The notes under the pieces are model-generated. The model searched no databases. It saw nothing but the letters and a program-made list of their open reading frames with translations, and was not told the DNA's origin. A DNA stretch of 64,000 bases from Eledone cirrhosa (Eukaryota), in contig OZ024746.1 in the NCBI GenBank assembly GCA_964016885.1, forward strand, positions 58,652,001-58,716,000, in the 5' to 3' direction. The first letter of the stretch is position 1. Every line of letters begins with the position of its first letter. This document shows positions 43,705 through 56,258 of this stretch, one piece after another. The position numbers and the translations under genes are program-made.

Positions 43705-44520
43705 AAATAATTATTTCTAAATTTGGCACAAGGCCAGCAATTACCGCATTGCACTGGATGGAAGGATGAAATGTAAAGCTAACCTCGGCGGTATTTGAAC
43801 TCAGACCGTAAAGGGCCTAACTCTATGCTGAAAAGCATGGCGTTCGACCATCTACTACCAATCCACTGCCCCTTTTAAAATAATTGTTTCTACTTTTGGC
43901 ACAAGTCCAGCAATTACCCCAGGGCATTACTGGTGCTTTATGCTTTCCACTCCAGTGCATTGGATGAAAGGATGACTGGGAAAGTTAACCTCGGCAGGAT
44001 TTGAACTCAGAGCGTAAAGGGCCGTATTTCCATGCTCCAAAGTATGGTGCCCTTTTAAAAATAATTGTTTCTATTTTAGGCACAAGGCCAGCAATTATCC
44101 AGTACATTACTGGTACTTTATTTTATCGACCCCGTAAGGATGAAAGGCAAAGTTAACCTCGGCAGGATTTGAACTCAGATCGTAAAGGGACGTAACTATC
44201 TGCTGCACAGCATGGTGTCAGATCCTGTAACGATACGACCAATCCATGCTTTCTACTTTTGGCACAAAGAAAGCATGTCCGACCCTCTACCGATACTGCC
44301 AATTCACCGCCCTTCTAAAAATAATTGTTTCTACTTTAGGCACAAGGCCAGCAAATTACCCAGTGCATTACTGGTACTTTATTTTATCGACCCCGTAAGG
44401 ATGAAAGGCAAAGTCAACCTCGGCGGGATTTGAACTCAGATCGTAAAGGGACGTAACTATGCTGGAAAGCATGGCGTCCGACCCTCTACCGATACTGCCA
44501 ATCCACCGCCCTTCTAAAAA
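43705..44520 (-). mobile_element. Head-to-tail array of ~5 SINE family A copies
   Basis: AAATAATT.TTTCTA...GGCACAAGGCCAGCAATTA...GTTAACCTCGGC.GGATTTGAACTCAG recurs at ~43705, 43880, 44060 and 44320, with a partial copy at 44250-44310. Confidence 0.85.
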
Positions 44521-44771
44521 TAATGACTGTTTCTTAGGGTCTTTCTATTATTTTGTTAGTTAATATGCAAATGAGGCAAGAAGTGGTGGAGAAATGTTTG
44601 AAATAGGTCGCGCCCAGCAAATAAATATGGATTTGAAATCCATTCATAGAAAAGGTAATAAAACAGTTTGTGTTGGTGGTGGATATCTTTAAGGAAGTTT
44701 ACCGGAGGGAGGGATATGTACGTACGTTTGTTGTTACACAGCATGTTTATGCATATTTCTACGCATGCGTG

Positions 44772-44829
<58 letters not shown>

Positions 44830-44930
44830 CGTTGAAGACGTGTATTTTTCAATGTATATATATTTATATCTATGCTCATATATCCTATATATATATATGT
44901 ATATGAGTGTGTGTGTGTAAAGCCATAGAC

Positions 44931-44993
<63 letters not shown>

Positions 44994-45529
44994 CATACAT
45001 ACATACATACATACATACATACATACATACATACATACATACATACATACATACATACATTCGTCTTTATGTATACACAATATACACAATACAGCAACAA
45101 GCAAGAACGCCACTGGGGAAATATACCAGATGCATGTAGCGAGCGAAAGAATCATCGTGAATGAGGCAGACGCAGTAAAGGAAATATGGCGATAGCAAGG
45201 CAGATATATAGATAGATATAGAGATAGATAAAGAGATGGACAGATATACCAATAACATATATTTCGCCCTGTGTTTCTTTGCCTTTCGGTAGAAATGAAG
45301 TAACTTCAGCATTCATTTTTGTCTGTCTACGACATTCTCTGAAGATTCTTAGCAGAACTCCATTGATTAGGCTTCACCAATCCTTCCCATCTATTGACCA
45401 AATTCCATTGAGAATTCCTATAGAAATATTAGATTGAATATTGTCTCTTAGGTATTGGGCAGAATCACTCGTTTATCATTTCTTGATCTATTGATCTGTA
45501 CAAGAACTATTGAACTATAATATATCAAC

Positions 45530-46650
45530 AAGTTGATGTTGATGATGAGGACAGGACGGTTGTGGTGGTGGTGGTGTTGGTGTTGGTGGTGATAGTGATG
45601 GTGCAGGTTGTGATGGTAGTGGTGGTGACGATGTTGGTGATGGTGGTGTTGATGTTGATGATGAGGGCGGGACGGTTGTGGTGGTGGTGGTGGTGGTGGT
45701 GGTGATGGTGGTGGTGGTGGTGGTGGTGGTGGTGATAGTGATGGTGGAGGTGGTGATGGTAGTGGTGGTGACGATGTTGGTGATGGTGGTGTTGATGTTG
45801 ATGATGAGGGCGGGACGGTTGTGGTGGTGGTGGTGGTGGTGGTGGTGATGGTGGTGGTGGTGTTGGTGTTGGTGGTGATAGTGATGGTGGAGGTTGTGAT
45901 GGTAGTGGTGGTGACGATGTTGGTGATGGTGGTGTTGATGTTGATGATGAGGGCGGGACGGTTGTGGTGGTGGTGGTGGTGGTGGTGGTGATGGTGGTGG
46001 TGGTGGTGGTGGTGGTGTTGGTGGTGATAGTGATGGTGGAGGTGGTGATGGTAGTGGTGGTGACGATGTTGGTGATGGTGGTGGGGCTGCTGATGGTAGT
46101 GGTGGTGATGGTGTTGGTGATGATGATGGTGGTGGTGGTGATGGTGATGCTGGAGGTGGTGATGGTAGTGGTGAGGACGGGATGGTGGCGATGATGATGG
46201 AGTTGATGTTGGTGGTGATAGTGGTGGTGGTATTGTGTGGTGATGGTGGTGGTAATGGTAACTGTGGTGATGCTCGTGGTGGTCATGATGGTGTTGGGGT
46301 GATGGTGGTATTTTGTGGTGATGGTGGTGGTGGTGATGCTGGTGGTGGTGATGCTGGTGGTGATGCTGGTGGTGGGGATGCTGGTGGTGGTGATGATGGC
46401 ATTGATATTGCTGGTGGTGTTGATAGTGGTGGTGGTATTTTGTGGTGATGGAGGTGACAGTGATTTCGTTAAATTGTAGTGATGACAGTGTTAGTGGTAA
46501 TGGTGGGTTGATAGTGTTAGCTGTTAAGGTGGTGGTACTGGTGATGGTGTTGCTGGAGCTAATGGTACTGATGCAGGTAATGATGATGGTGATGATCATT
46601 ATGATGATCATAATTATGATTATGATGCTGATGGTGATGATGATGATGAT
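45530..46650. repeat. (GGT/GAT)n trinucleotide region with ~120-145-bp higher-order units
   Basis: The marker GTTGATGTTGATGATGAGG(G)C(G)GGACGGTTGTGG recurs four times (~45532, 45649, 45790, 45934). Confidence 0.9.
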
Positions 46651-46831
46651 AATATACAGAAACACATGGAGAAAGAGACGATAGAATGAGAAAACTTAAG
46701 TGTAAAATAATATATTGTCTAACTCTCCAATCCAGGGAAATCACTGAACCGTTTTTACAGATTTAATAAAATGGATATATAAAAGTATATCTATACATTT
46801 TATTAAATATCGATTACATATATACCCATAG

Positions 46832-47776
46832 AGTAGAATAGATGAGAGCCTCCGCAAAGCACACACGAACACCCATAACACAAACTCCAGAAACACACGC
46901 ACACACGCATTTACCCATAGAACTACAAATTATACTGAAAATAGAAATACATCAAAATCAAACAGGTCACGCAGTAGAAAATATATTTGGTATAACCCCA
47001 TATTTAACACCTCTATTAGTACTAACCTACCATCTACCTTCTTTAGAATAATAAATAAGCACTTTCCAGATTCACATAGACACAGCAAAATCCTTAACAC
47101 TAAACCTATTAGACTATCTTACTCCACGGCACCAAACATAGAGGCACACATTAAGATGCATAACGCTAAAAATATACGTAACAACATCGGAACACAAATT
47201 TATAACAATAACAATACAATTACCATTGAACACAACAGAATATCTAATACACAACCACCCACTAATATGCAAACAAAACGTAACACACTTGTACAGGCAT
47301 CGCAGCCCACCAATAATGCCAAAGTTGCTCATGACAAGAATTGTAATTGACACCTACATGAAACTTGTCCATTGCATAATGAATGTATGCAGTCTAACCT
47401 GGTTTACCAATGATCAGTAGAATCAGGCAACCAGAAATGGTATTACATCGGGGCGACTGGGAATACATTTAAAGCTCGTTGGTATACTCACCGTTACGCA
47501 ATGAAATATTCCCTGCATCGTTATGTAACTACCCTTGCGAACAAGACCTGGCAACTGAGGGAAAGTAACCACCAATACACCCTGAAGTGGAAAAAATTAT
47601 CGAACGCACCCCCATATCGTAGTGGTATGAGAAGCTGTCGGTTATGTGACCTTGAGCTGTTCCACATTTTGAGTCCGAAGAATAAGTTACTCAATAATAA
47701 AATCGAAAGATCAATTTATTGTAACCATAGACTCAAAGAAAGGTTTTCGCACTACAAGTGCAAATCGAACCCTTAA
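46832..47776 (+). mobile_element. Penelope-like element 4, C-terminal region (linker + GIY-YIG) with two in-frame TGA codons
   Basis: A single frame reads RKYIWYNPIFNTSISTN..KHFP..RLSYSTAPNIEAHI..KNCN*HLHETCPLHNECMQSNLVYQ*SVE..YYIGATGNTFKARWYTH..YTLKWK..CRLCDLE..CNH. It is homologous to PLE3 and PLE5. Confidence 0.88.
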
Positions 47777-48695
47777 CCTGACAAACTGCATATACTTAGA
47801 CTGTCTACCCTCTTATTGTATCTAACCCCTTTAATTACCCACAATAACCAATACCTATATCCCTCCCTCCTCCTTCACTCCTTTTCTATTTCTTTTCGTT
47901 TTCTTCCTTTCTTCTCCCCCTTTTTTGCTATCTTTTCTTTTCTTCTTTCTCTTCCCCCCTTCTTTATTTTTATTTTTATTTTTTTATATATATTTATCTC
48001 TCTATCCCTCCACCCCATCTCTCTCTCTCCATCCCTCCCACTATAAACAATTTAATTCTCTTTAACTCCCTACACTGTAAATCGACGACATGAAGTCTAC
48101 GAATCAAAACTGATCGAGGAATCCTTCCACCTCAACCCTCCCTCCATCTCAGTTTGTCACTCTACTTCCTAATTCTTCTACCCCTTCCTCTCTCTCTATA
48201 CTAGTGAATACAATTTTTTTTTTATGTTTTTCTATATATTAAGAACTTTTTAAGAGTAACTTATTCACTATTTTTAAAATTTGGACGTGAACAACAATTA
48301 TTATTGAGTGGCTGCTATTTGCAGTATAGCAATATAGGGTTGCACTTACAAATGAAACGGACGTATATGCCTTGATAAAATCCTTTTTTTAATGCTTACC
48401 TGTGTTTTCTCTTTTATCCTTCATACTCCAAGATTGAACGTGATTCTTACAAACTTGTGGAGTCACCCCTAACCGTACGTTGAAACCGTCCATGAAACTG
48501 GCTTTCTTAACCACGAACTGGATTACAATAAGCAATTTTCTGCTTCACTAACTATATATATATATATATATCGAAGGAAGTGTGGTAAGGGACCAAGTGG
48601 ACCATAACGTACCAGAGTACTCGTCCAGAAATAGCCGTCTCGACGGCTTGAGCTCTGCCGCCGGAGTCTTGAATATTTTCCTATAAATATATATA

Positions 48696-48768
<73 letters not shown>

Positions 48769-48798
48769 TATATATATTTATATATATATATTTATATA

Positions 48799-49155
<357 letters not shown>

Positions 49156-49174
49156 ATATATATATATATATATA

Positions 49175-49608
49175 TCGTTTCTGAATTTGTTTAGAAAGAT
49201 TTTTTATCTGAAAACGTGTGTTGAAACCGATATTGTTATATTTTGAGAGGGTCATGTTGCCAATAAGAAACACACGCACCAGATGCTTTCACTCCAATTT
49301 ATTATAAATTAAAAAATTAAAAAATTTAAAAAAATTAATAAATTTCAGGTTGGTTTGTTGGTTCCACAACCGGACGGTTGTTCATATATCGTCAAAGTTC
49401 TTTCGTCACACATTCTGTGACCTCAGAATGTGTGACGAAAGAACTTTGACAATATATGAACAACCGTCCGGTTGTGGAACCAACCAACCAACGGGAAATT
49501 TATAAATTTTTTATTTTTTATTTTTTAATTCATGATAAATTGGAGTGAAAGCATCTGGTGCGTGTGTTTCTTATTGGCAACATGACTCTCCGAAAGTATA
49601 ACAATATA
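49175..49608. mobile_element. Fold-back non-autonomous element sharing the PLE1 3' terminus
   Basis: Palindromic about ~49420. The right arm ends ATGACTCTCCGAAAGTATAACAATA(TA)n and the left arm carries the extra ~55-nt tail. Confidence 0.8.
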
Positions 49609-50557
49609 TATATATATATATATATTGGGTCGTCAAGTACGAAATTTGTAGAAATTTGTTTATTTTCCACAAATGTCTACAAATTTAATACTTGATGACC
49701 CAATATATATCCGTATGTGTGTGTGTTTGTTTTTGTGTGTATGTATATATATATATATCATTTTTATTTAATATACGCGTAATTATATTAATATGCACAC
49801 CCTTATAGAGGAACTGGTAGTTATATGTATGTGTGTGAATCTGTATGCATCTGTGTGGGTTCATGTATATGCACGTATACGAATATGTATATTATACGTA
49901 TATGTACATATATATGTGTGTGTGTGGGGTGGGGGGGTAGAAATCCGTAGATGAAAGATCAAGAAATCAGTGCCCAATCTGCTGCAAGAGAATTTATTTC
50001 GATAAACAAAGTTTCATACACTTAACTTGATTGTATACCACAACTCAAAGACAGAAATCTTCAGATCTAGCTTGCATCAAAAGACTTGCTTTTTATACAA
50101 TTAGAAGCCCTCCCCGCAATACACCATTTCACCAGTCATCAAACTCTTAAACCTATATATACACAGTCTATATACCTAAAGCTGTTTTCCTTTCTAGCCC
50201 AGACGTCTACAACCTGAAAAACTGAACTTATATAGCAACGCTCAACAGTTTTCTAAGAAATGGCGACCTGAATAAATCTGTTTTTCCTCAAAGAAAAATG
50301 TATTTCTCTTCTGACACTGCTAACTCTCTACTATTTTTCTATTTCTTCTATTTCTTCTTTAATTTCACATTTTATTTCTGATTTAAGGACTAGCATCTGA
50401 TACGGTAAGACACTTTCCCAACTATATCAAGCTTAAATATAATACACTTCCTCATTGCACTGTACCGTTTGCTTTGATATTTCTGTTTACGTTTTACATA
50501 TGCATATTCATATATATGTATATATACATATATGGGCATGTGTTGGCGTGTCTGTGC

Positions 50558-50591
<34 letters not shown>

Positions 50592-50697
50592 GTGTCGGTT
50601 GGGAGGGGGTATGTGTGTGTGTGCCTGTGTGTGTCTGTGTGTGTGTAACTCATTAGAATTTACGAGCATAAACACGCACTTGCATACATTATTACAT

Positions 50698-50888
50698 AGG
50701 TGGATTGGCAGTTTCGGTAGAGGGTCGGACGTCATGCTTTGACGCATAGAGTTACGGCCCTTGCCATTCTGAGTTCAAATCTCGCTGAGGTTAAATTTGC
50801 CTTTAATCCTTATGGGGTCGATAAAATAAAGTACCAGTAATACACTGGGTAATTGCTGGCCTTGTGCCAAAAGTAGAAACAATTATTA
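50698..50888 (+). mobile_element. SINE family A
   Basis: Same A/B boxes, core and tail as the other copies. Confidence 0.85.
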
Positions 50889-51917
50889 CACACACAATTC
50901 ATTTCATCTGTCATCTTGCTGCGATAAGAAATTTGATTTCCTGTCACAAGGCCCTAGATGATAACCCTACATTCATCGCTCCATCGATACGCGTATATTT
51001 TATGCTGTATGCCATTTACACAGAGATACTTAACATTTATGCACTATAAAAATACGATATTAAAATATCAGTCTTATCTTTAATTACTTCCACGTATCAA
51101 TAATATACATAAACTACCGTACAATGTTTTATTTATCTACCATCATATGTATGATTGTTCATTTATCCGCTATGAATGGTATGTAAATATGTTTGGTCCC
51201 GTAACTCCTGAAGTAGTTGTAGGGGCGCCGTATAGTCATATGGCATTTATTGGACATTTTAAGTGAGCGGGAGAGGGTGCGAATGAGAAACATATATAGA
51301 TCAAGAATCCACCCTAGTACTAGACTGGTACTTTTTTTATCTACCTCGAAACGGCGAAAGGCAAAGTTGACCTCGGCAGGATTTGAACTCCGAGAGTTGA
51401 GACCTGGACCGCGTATCAGAAAGCATTCTATCCGACGTTCTAACGACTCTGCCAATTCGTCGACTATATGAATGGTATAGCAATCCTATATCTACCAGAC
51501 CAATTAAATATTTTCAATGATATTGCCATCATTATTGACGGTACGGTTGCACTAGTTATACATATAACCGATACTGATATTGATTATCAGTTAAAGGTAG
51601 TCAATATTTGCCAAGATTGCATCAATTGCGAAATGGAAGTCTCGCTGTTCAATGACGCGTCATTGTCAAAAGCGAACGATTTGAAATAATAGTTAAGTCC
51701 TCTTTATTTTTTTACCCTGGGATATAATCAATGAAATCGACCCAAATTCTTGACTAGTAGTAAAATTATCGTCCTGATATGATGAAACTCAAAGCAGAAT
51801 CTAATGGGAAACCTATATAATTAGCTCAATTATTAATAAATATAAAATATACTAAAATATACTGTTATTCTATTGCCGTTTTCTGGCATTAGACTGCATA
51901 CATACACACACGAACAC

Positions 51918-51982
<65 letters not shown>

Positions 51983-52117
51983 CGAGTGTGTATGTATCGG
52001 CAGTCTAATGGCAGAAAACGGCAATAGAATAACAGTATATGTATATATATATATGTTCCAAGGCTCTGATACCATCAACACTATAAACACAGAGCTGGCA
52101 TATCTAAGAACTGACTA

Positions 52118-52173
52118 ACTGCCTGATGAGGTCATAGCCATTCAATGGCTATCATCGAAATATATATAGCAGT
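52118..52173 (+). ncRNA. Type-I hammerhead ribozyme followed by AATAAA
   Basis: ACUGC CUGAUGA GGUcAUAGCCA uucaa UGGCUAUcAUC GAAA UAUAUA UA GCAGU; AATAAA at 52175-52180. Confidence 0.85.
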
Positions 52174-52232
52174 AAATAAAGGATTATGAGTTCATGCAAT
52201 TGACTTATGTTTCGTCACTATATATATATATA

Positions 52233-52359
<127 letters not shown>

Positions 52360-52522
52360 TCAGGACCCCGACGGCTGAGCTCCGGTCGTGTCGAAACGGC
52401 CGGAGCTCAGCCGTCGGGGCTCTTTTCCTATTACCCACTCTACTACCCGGTATCGAGTACTTTTGTTCGTTATGGTCCACCTGGTTACTTACCACACTTC
52501 CTTCATATATATAATTGTGAGT

Positions 52523-52556
<34 letters not shown>

Positions 52557-53061
52557 TGTCTGTGTATGTTCATGAATTTAATGTGTCAATATGTGTGTAT
52601 GTGTGTGCGTATATGTTTGAGTGCATGTGTGTGTGTGTGTATCTGTGTTTGAAAGTACGTTAGTTTTTTTAAGATTGACTATTAAATAATCGAACAATTT
52701 GTGGATATAACGTCCTACGGAGAGGAAAAACTGTCGGCTGGGGGAAATTAAATCTCAGATTTTGTCATTATACCAGCAGTCAAATAAAATGTTATGTTTG
52801 AATATATAACAGCAAAATTAGTTGATCATACTTAATACTATAATTTTCTGTATCGAAACCGGTGTCCTCGGTTTTACTTTAAGCACACCCATATTAAACC
52901 AAAACGCTAATGAAATTAGCTTTGATATTTATGATGAATATATATTTCTTTTTTAATAAAACTGGAAAATACAGCTGATTGAGTCTTGTTTCTGAGTTCA
53001 GATACCCGTGTAAAGCAGCTTTTGTTTTATTCATAGTTTATATCTGAACATTGTCAATTTT

Positions 53062-53280
53062 GAAGGCGTGTGGCTTAGTGGTTAGAGAATTGGATTCGCA
53101 CTCGTGAATTTGTGAGTTCAATTGCCGGACCTGTCGATGCGTTATGTCCTTGAACAAGACACTTTATTTAACGTTGCCCCTTCTATCTAGAGTTGCGACC
53201 GATAGATAGTATTAGCAATTGGAAAAACCAATGGTAACATTGTTACTTCGGTCTGTTTTGACGAAAGTCAATCGTATCCT
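53062..53280 (+). mobile_element. tRNA-derived SINE family B
   Basis: Homologous to 48924-49155. Confidence 0.8.
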
Positions 53281-53688
53281 TTTGTCAATTTGAAGAAGCA
53301 CGAAAACTGATTAACTACGATGCGCCTCTATTGCCGCTGTTATCTTGCAGACGTTGCAGACATGCTACTCACAGTGCACAAACACTGGCTCCAATCATCC
53401 CCTGTGGTGTGGAGGTGTTGCCAGCACCCAAAGCCTAGAGTCTTCCGCAGTACATTTTTCGAATTCTCCAGATAAATGGAAATCGTAACTGTCTACATAC
53501 ATTAGCGAACTGTAGAATAACTGCAGTGTGTGCACTCAAAGGTTTCTACAATTGTAGTTCGATTAGATTGTTTTTAGATCGTCGAATTAGTTTATTGAAT
53601 ATGATACGCCAAAGAGTACGGTTCCTTTATTTAGTAAAATGTTAGTTGTAAACTCGAGTAATATTGATGAGCTAGAGTCGCAACAAAA

Positions 53689-53726
<38 letters not shown>

Positions 53727-54092
53727 GTAAAAATGGTAACACAGTAAAAACATTCAACAACACAGGAACAGAGGTGGTTATAAACACATATATGTGTACA
53801 TGTATACCTACACAAACAGACACACACAGACAAACACAGACAAACACATGTATACATGTGTATATATATAGAGATAGATAGATATATAGAAATATATATA
53901 AATACATATATATATATAAATTCACACACACGCACACATACACACACACAGACAAACACAGACAAACACATATATATATTTATATATATTTATATATATA
54001 TATATATATACACACACACATACTCATATCTATGTAAGTATATTTGTATGTATGTATGTGTGAATATTCACATGAATATACACACGTATATG

Positions 54093-54132
<40 letters not shown>

Positions 54133-54510
54133 GGATTGTAGGTGTGTATATTTATGTGTGTAAATGTATGCTTTCCATTAAGTGGAAATGGAAAAATAGC
54201 TTATAAAAACGAGGAAATATGTAAAAGAAAAGTAAATAAAGTATGGAAATAGATGAAAGTTAATGCTGAGATATAATTGAGCAGACACGTACGGATGCAC
54301 CGAATAAAGTGCATATAGCGAGGGATATTGACGAAAAACATAAATACTCTGAAACACTACCACGGGCAAATAGGATCAGCATGTATAGGCGTAAGTGTAA
54401 ATACCATATATGTTATGTACATATACGTCAGCAAAAAATATTTCCATGAAACTATACACACGCACAACCACACATATATATATATTTGTGTGTGTGTATA
54501 TTATTTATTA

Positions 54511-54633
<123 letters not shown>

Positions 54634-54674
54634 AATATATATCTATGTATAAATAAATATATATACATATATAC

Positions 54675-54744
<70 letters not shown>

Positions 54745-54957
54745 TTATTTATACATATATATAGATATGTAGATATAGATATATATATACATATGTATAA
54801 ATAGAGGGAGATAAGGGGGAGAAGAAAGTGCGAGAGGGTGAGAGAGATGGAGGCTCTCTTGCAAATATACATACTCTCACAACATCTGCTGTAACCATGT
54901 ATTTACTAGCGAATGTAAAGATATATATATATACCTACACACATATATATATATATA

Positions 54958-55348
54958 TAAATTAATAAAATAATGAATAAACAAAGAAACAGTTCCTTAT
55001 ATTAAAAAAAAATCATCATTTTACGATCGTTTCTAGGATATATATGTGTTAGAGTTGGTATGCATATTCTATAGATATATGTACAATATTGATACAAACT
55101 ATCAGAGGGAATATACATACCTACACATATATATGCTGTCTTCAGAAATAATCATTATTTCTGAAGACAGCATATATATGTGTAGGTATGTATATTCCCT
55201 CTGATTGTTTGTATAAATAGTGTACATAGATCTATAGAATATGCATACCAACTCTAACACATATATATCCTAGAAACGATCGTAAAATGATGAATTTTTT
55301 TTTAATATAAGGAACTGTTTCTTTGTTTATTCATTATTTTATTAATTT
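54958..55348. repeat. ~390-bp near-perfect palindrome (fold-back insert)
   Basis: 54958-55151 is the reverse complement of 55154-55348 with a few substitutions. Confidence 0.9.
55153..55292 (+). ncRNA. Type-I hammerhead with ~105-nt extended stem II (mirror copy 55014-55152 on the minus strand)
   Basis: CAUUAUUU CUGAAGA C AGcAUAUAUAUGUGU ... ACACAUAUAUAUcCU A GAAA CGAUCG UA AAAUGAUG. Confidence 0.8.
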
Positions 55349-55507
55349 ATCTTGACTCTGTTTTCCGTTAATTTTCACTGAAAATAGTTTTTGAATGTAT
55401 CTTCTCTTTTCATGATATCCGGATTACATTGAGTTCTTCATATGGATTGGACACTACCGTAAATTTTTGGTAGATTTATCTACATATATATATATATATA
55501 TATATAT

Positions 55508-55740
55508 ATCCCGCCGAGATGAACTATGCCTTTCATCCGTACGGGGTCGATAAAATAAAGTACCAGTAATACACTGGGGGTAATAGCTGGCCTTGTGTCA
55601 AAAGTAGAAACAATTATTAGGAAGGATGTATTCTAAAGGTTTATGTTTGCACGTCTAAATGTAAAAATGCATATATATATATATATATATGTGTATTTTT
55701 ACATTTAGACGTGCAAACATAAACCTTTAGAATGTAAAAA

Positions 55741-55774
<34 letters not shown>

Positions 55775-56258
55775 TTTTTACATTTAGACGTGCAAACATA
55801 AACCTTTAGAATACATGCACATTCGCAACTGCATACACGGTAAAAGGTTATACACTCAATCCAAAATTACGCTGGGATGCAGATTGAATTTTGTGTTTAA
55901 AAAAGCATCATATGTTATATATTGAAATTCAAACATACATTTATATTCACTAATGCATAACAAATCTTGAAAATATAAATTCAAATAATATTCCTTCCTA
56001 ATAATTGTTTCTACTTTTGACACAAGGCCAGCTATTGCCCCCTGTGTATTACTGGTAGTTTATTTTATCAACCCCGTACGGATGAAAGGCATAGTTCATC
56101 TCGGCGGGATTTGAACTCAGAATGGCAAGGGCCGTAACTCTATGCGTCAAAGCATTACTACCCCAAGAATGGTTTCTTATATAGGTACAAGGCCAGTAAT
56201 TTGGGGGAGGGGAAAGTCAAAACATGGCGTCCGACTCTCTACCGATACTGCCAATCTA
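55508..56258. mobile_element. SINE family A pieces in inverted orientation (55508-55622 +; 55995-56155 -; 56222-56258 -)
   Basis: Both arms share diagnostic variants (GATGAACTATGCC, CCGTACGGGG), consistent with a local fold-back duplication. Confidence 0.75.

Noticed and set aside
45448-46665. 405-aa His/Thr/Pro-rich ORF resembling a histidine-rich protein
   Set aside because: It is a trinucleotide repeat open in several frames on both strands and shifts between poly-H, poly-T and poly-P. There is no signal of real coding.
53320-53490. GC-richer patch with an acceptor-like TTGCAG
   Set aside because: The frames are short, there is no donor site and the peptide is unrecognisable.
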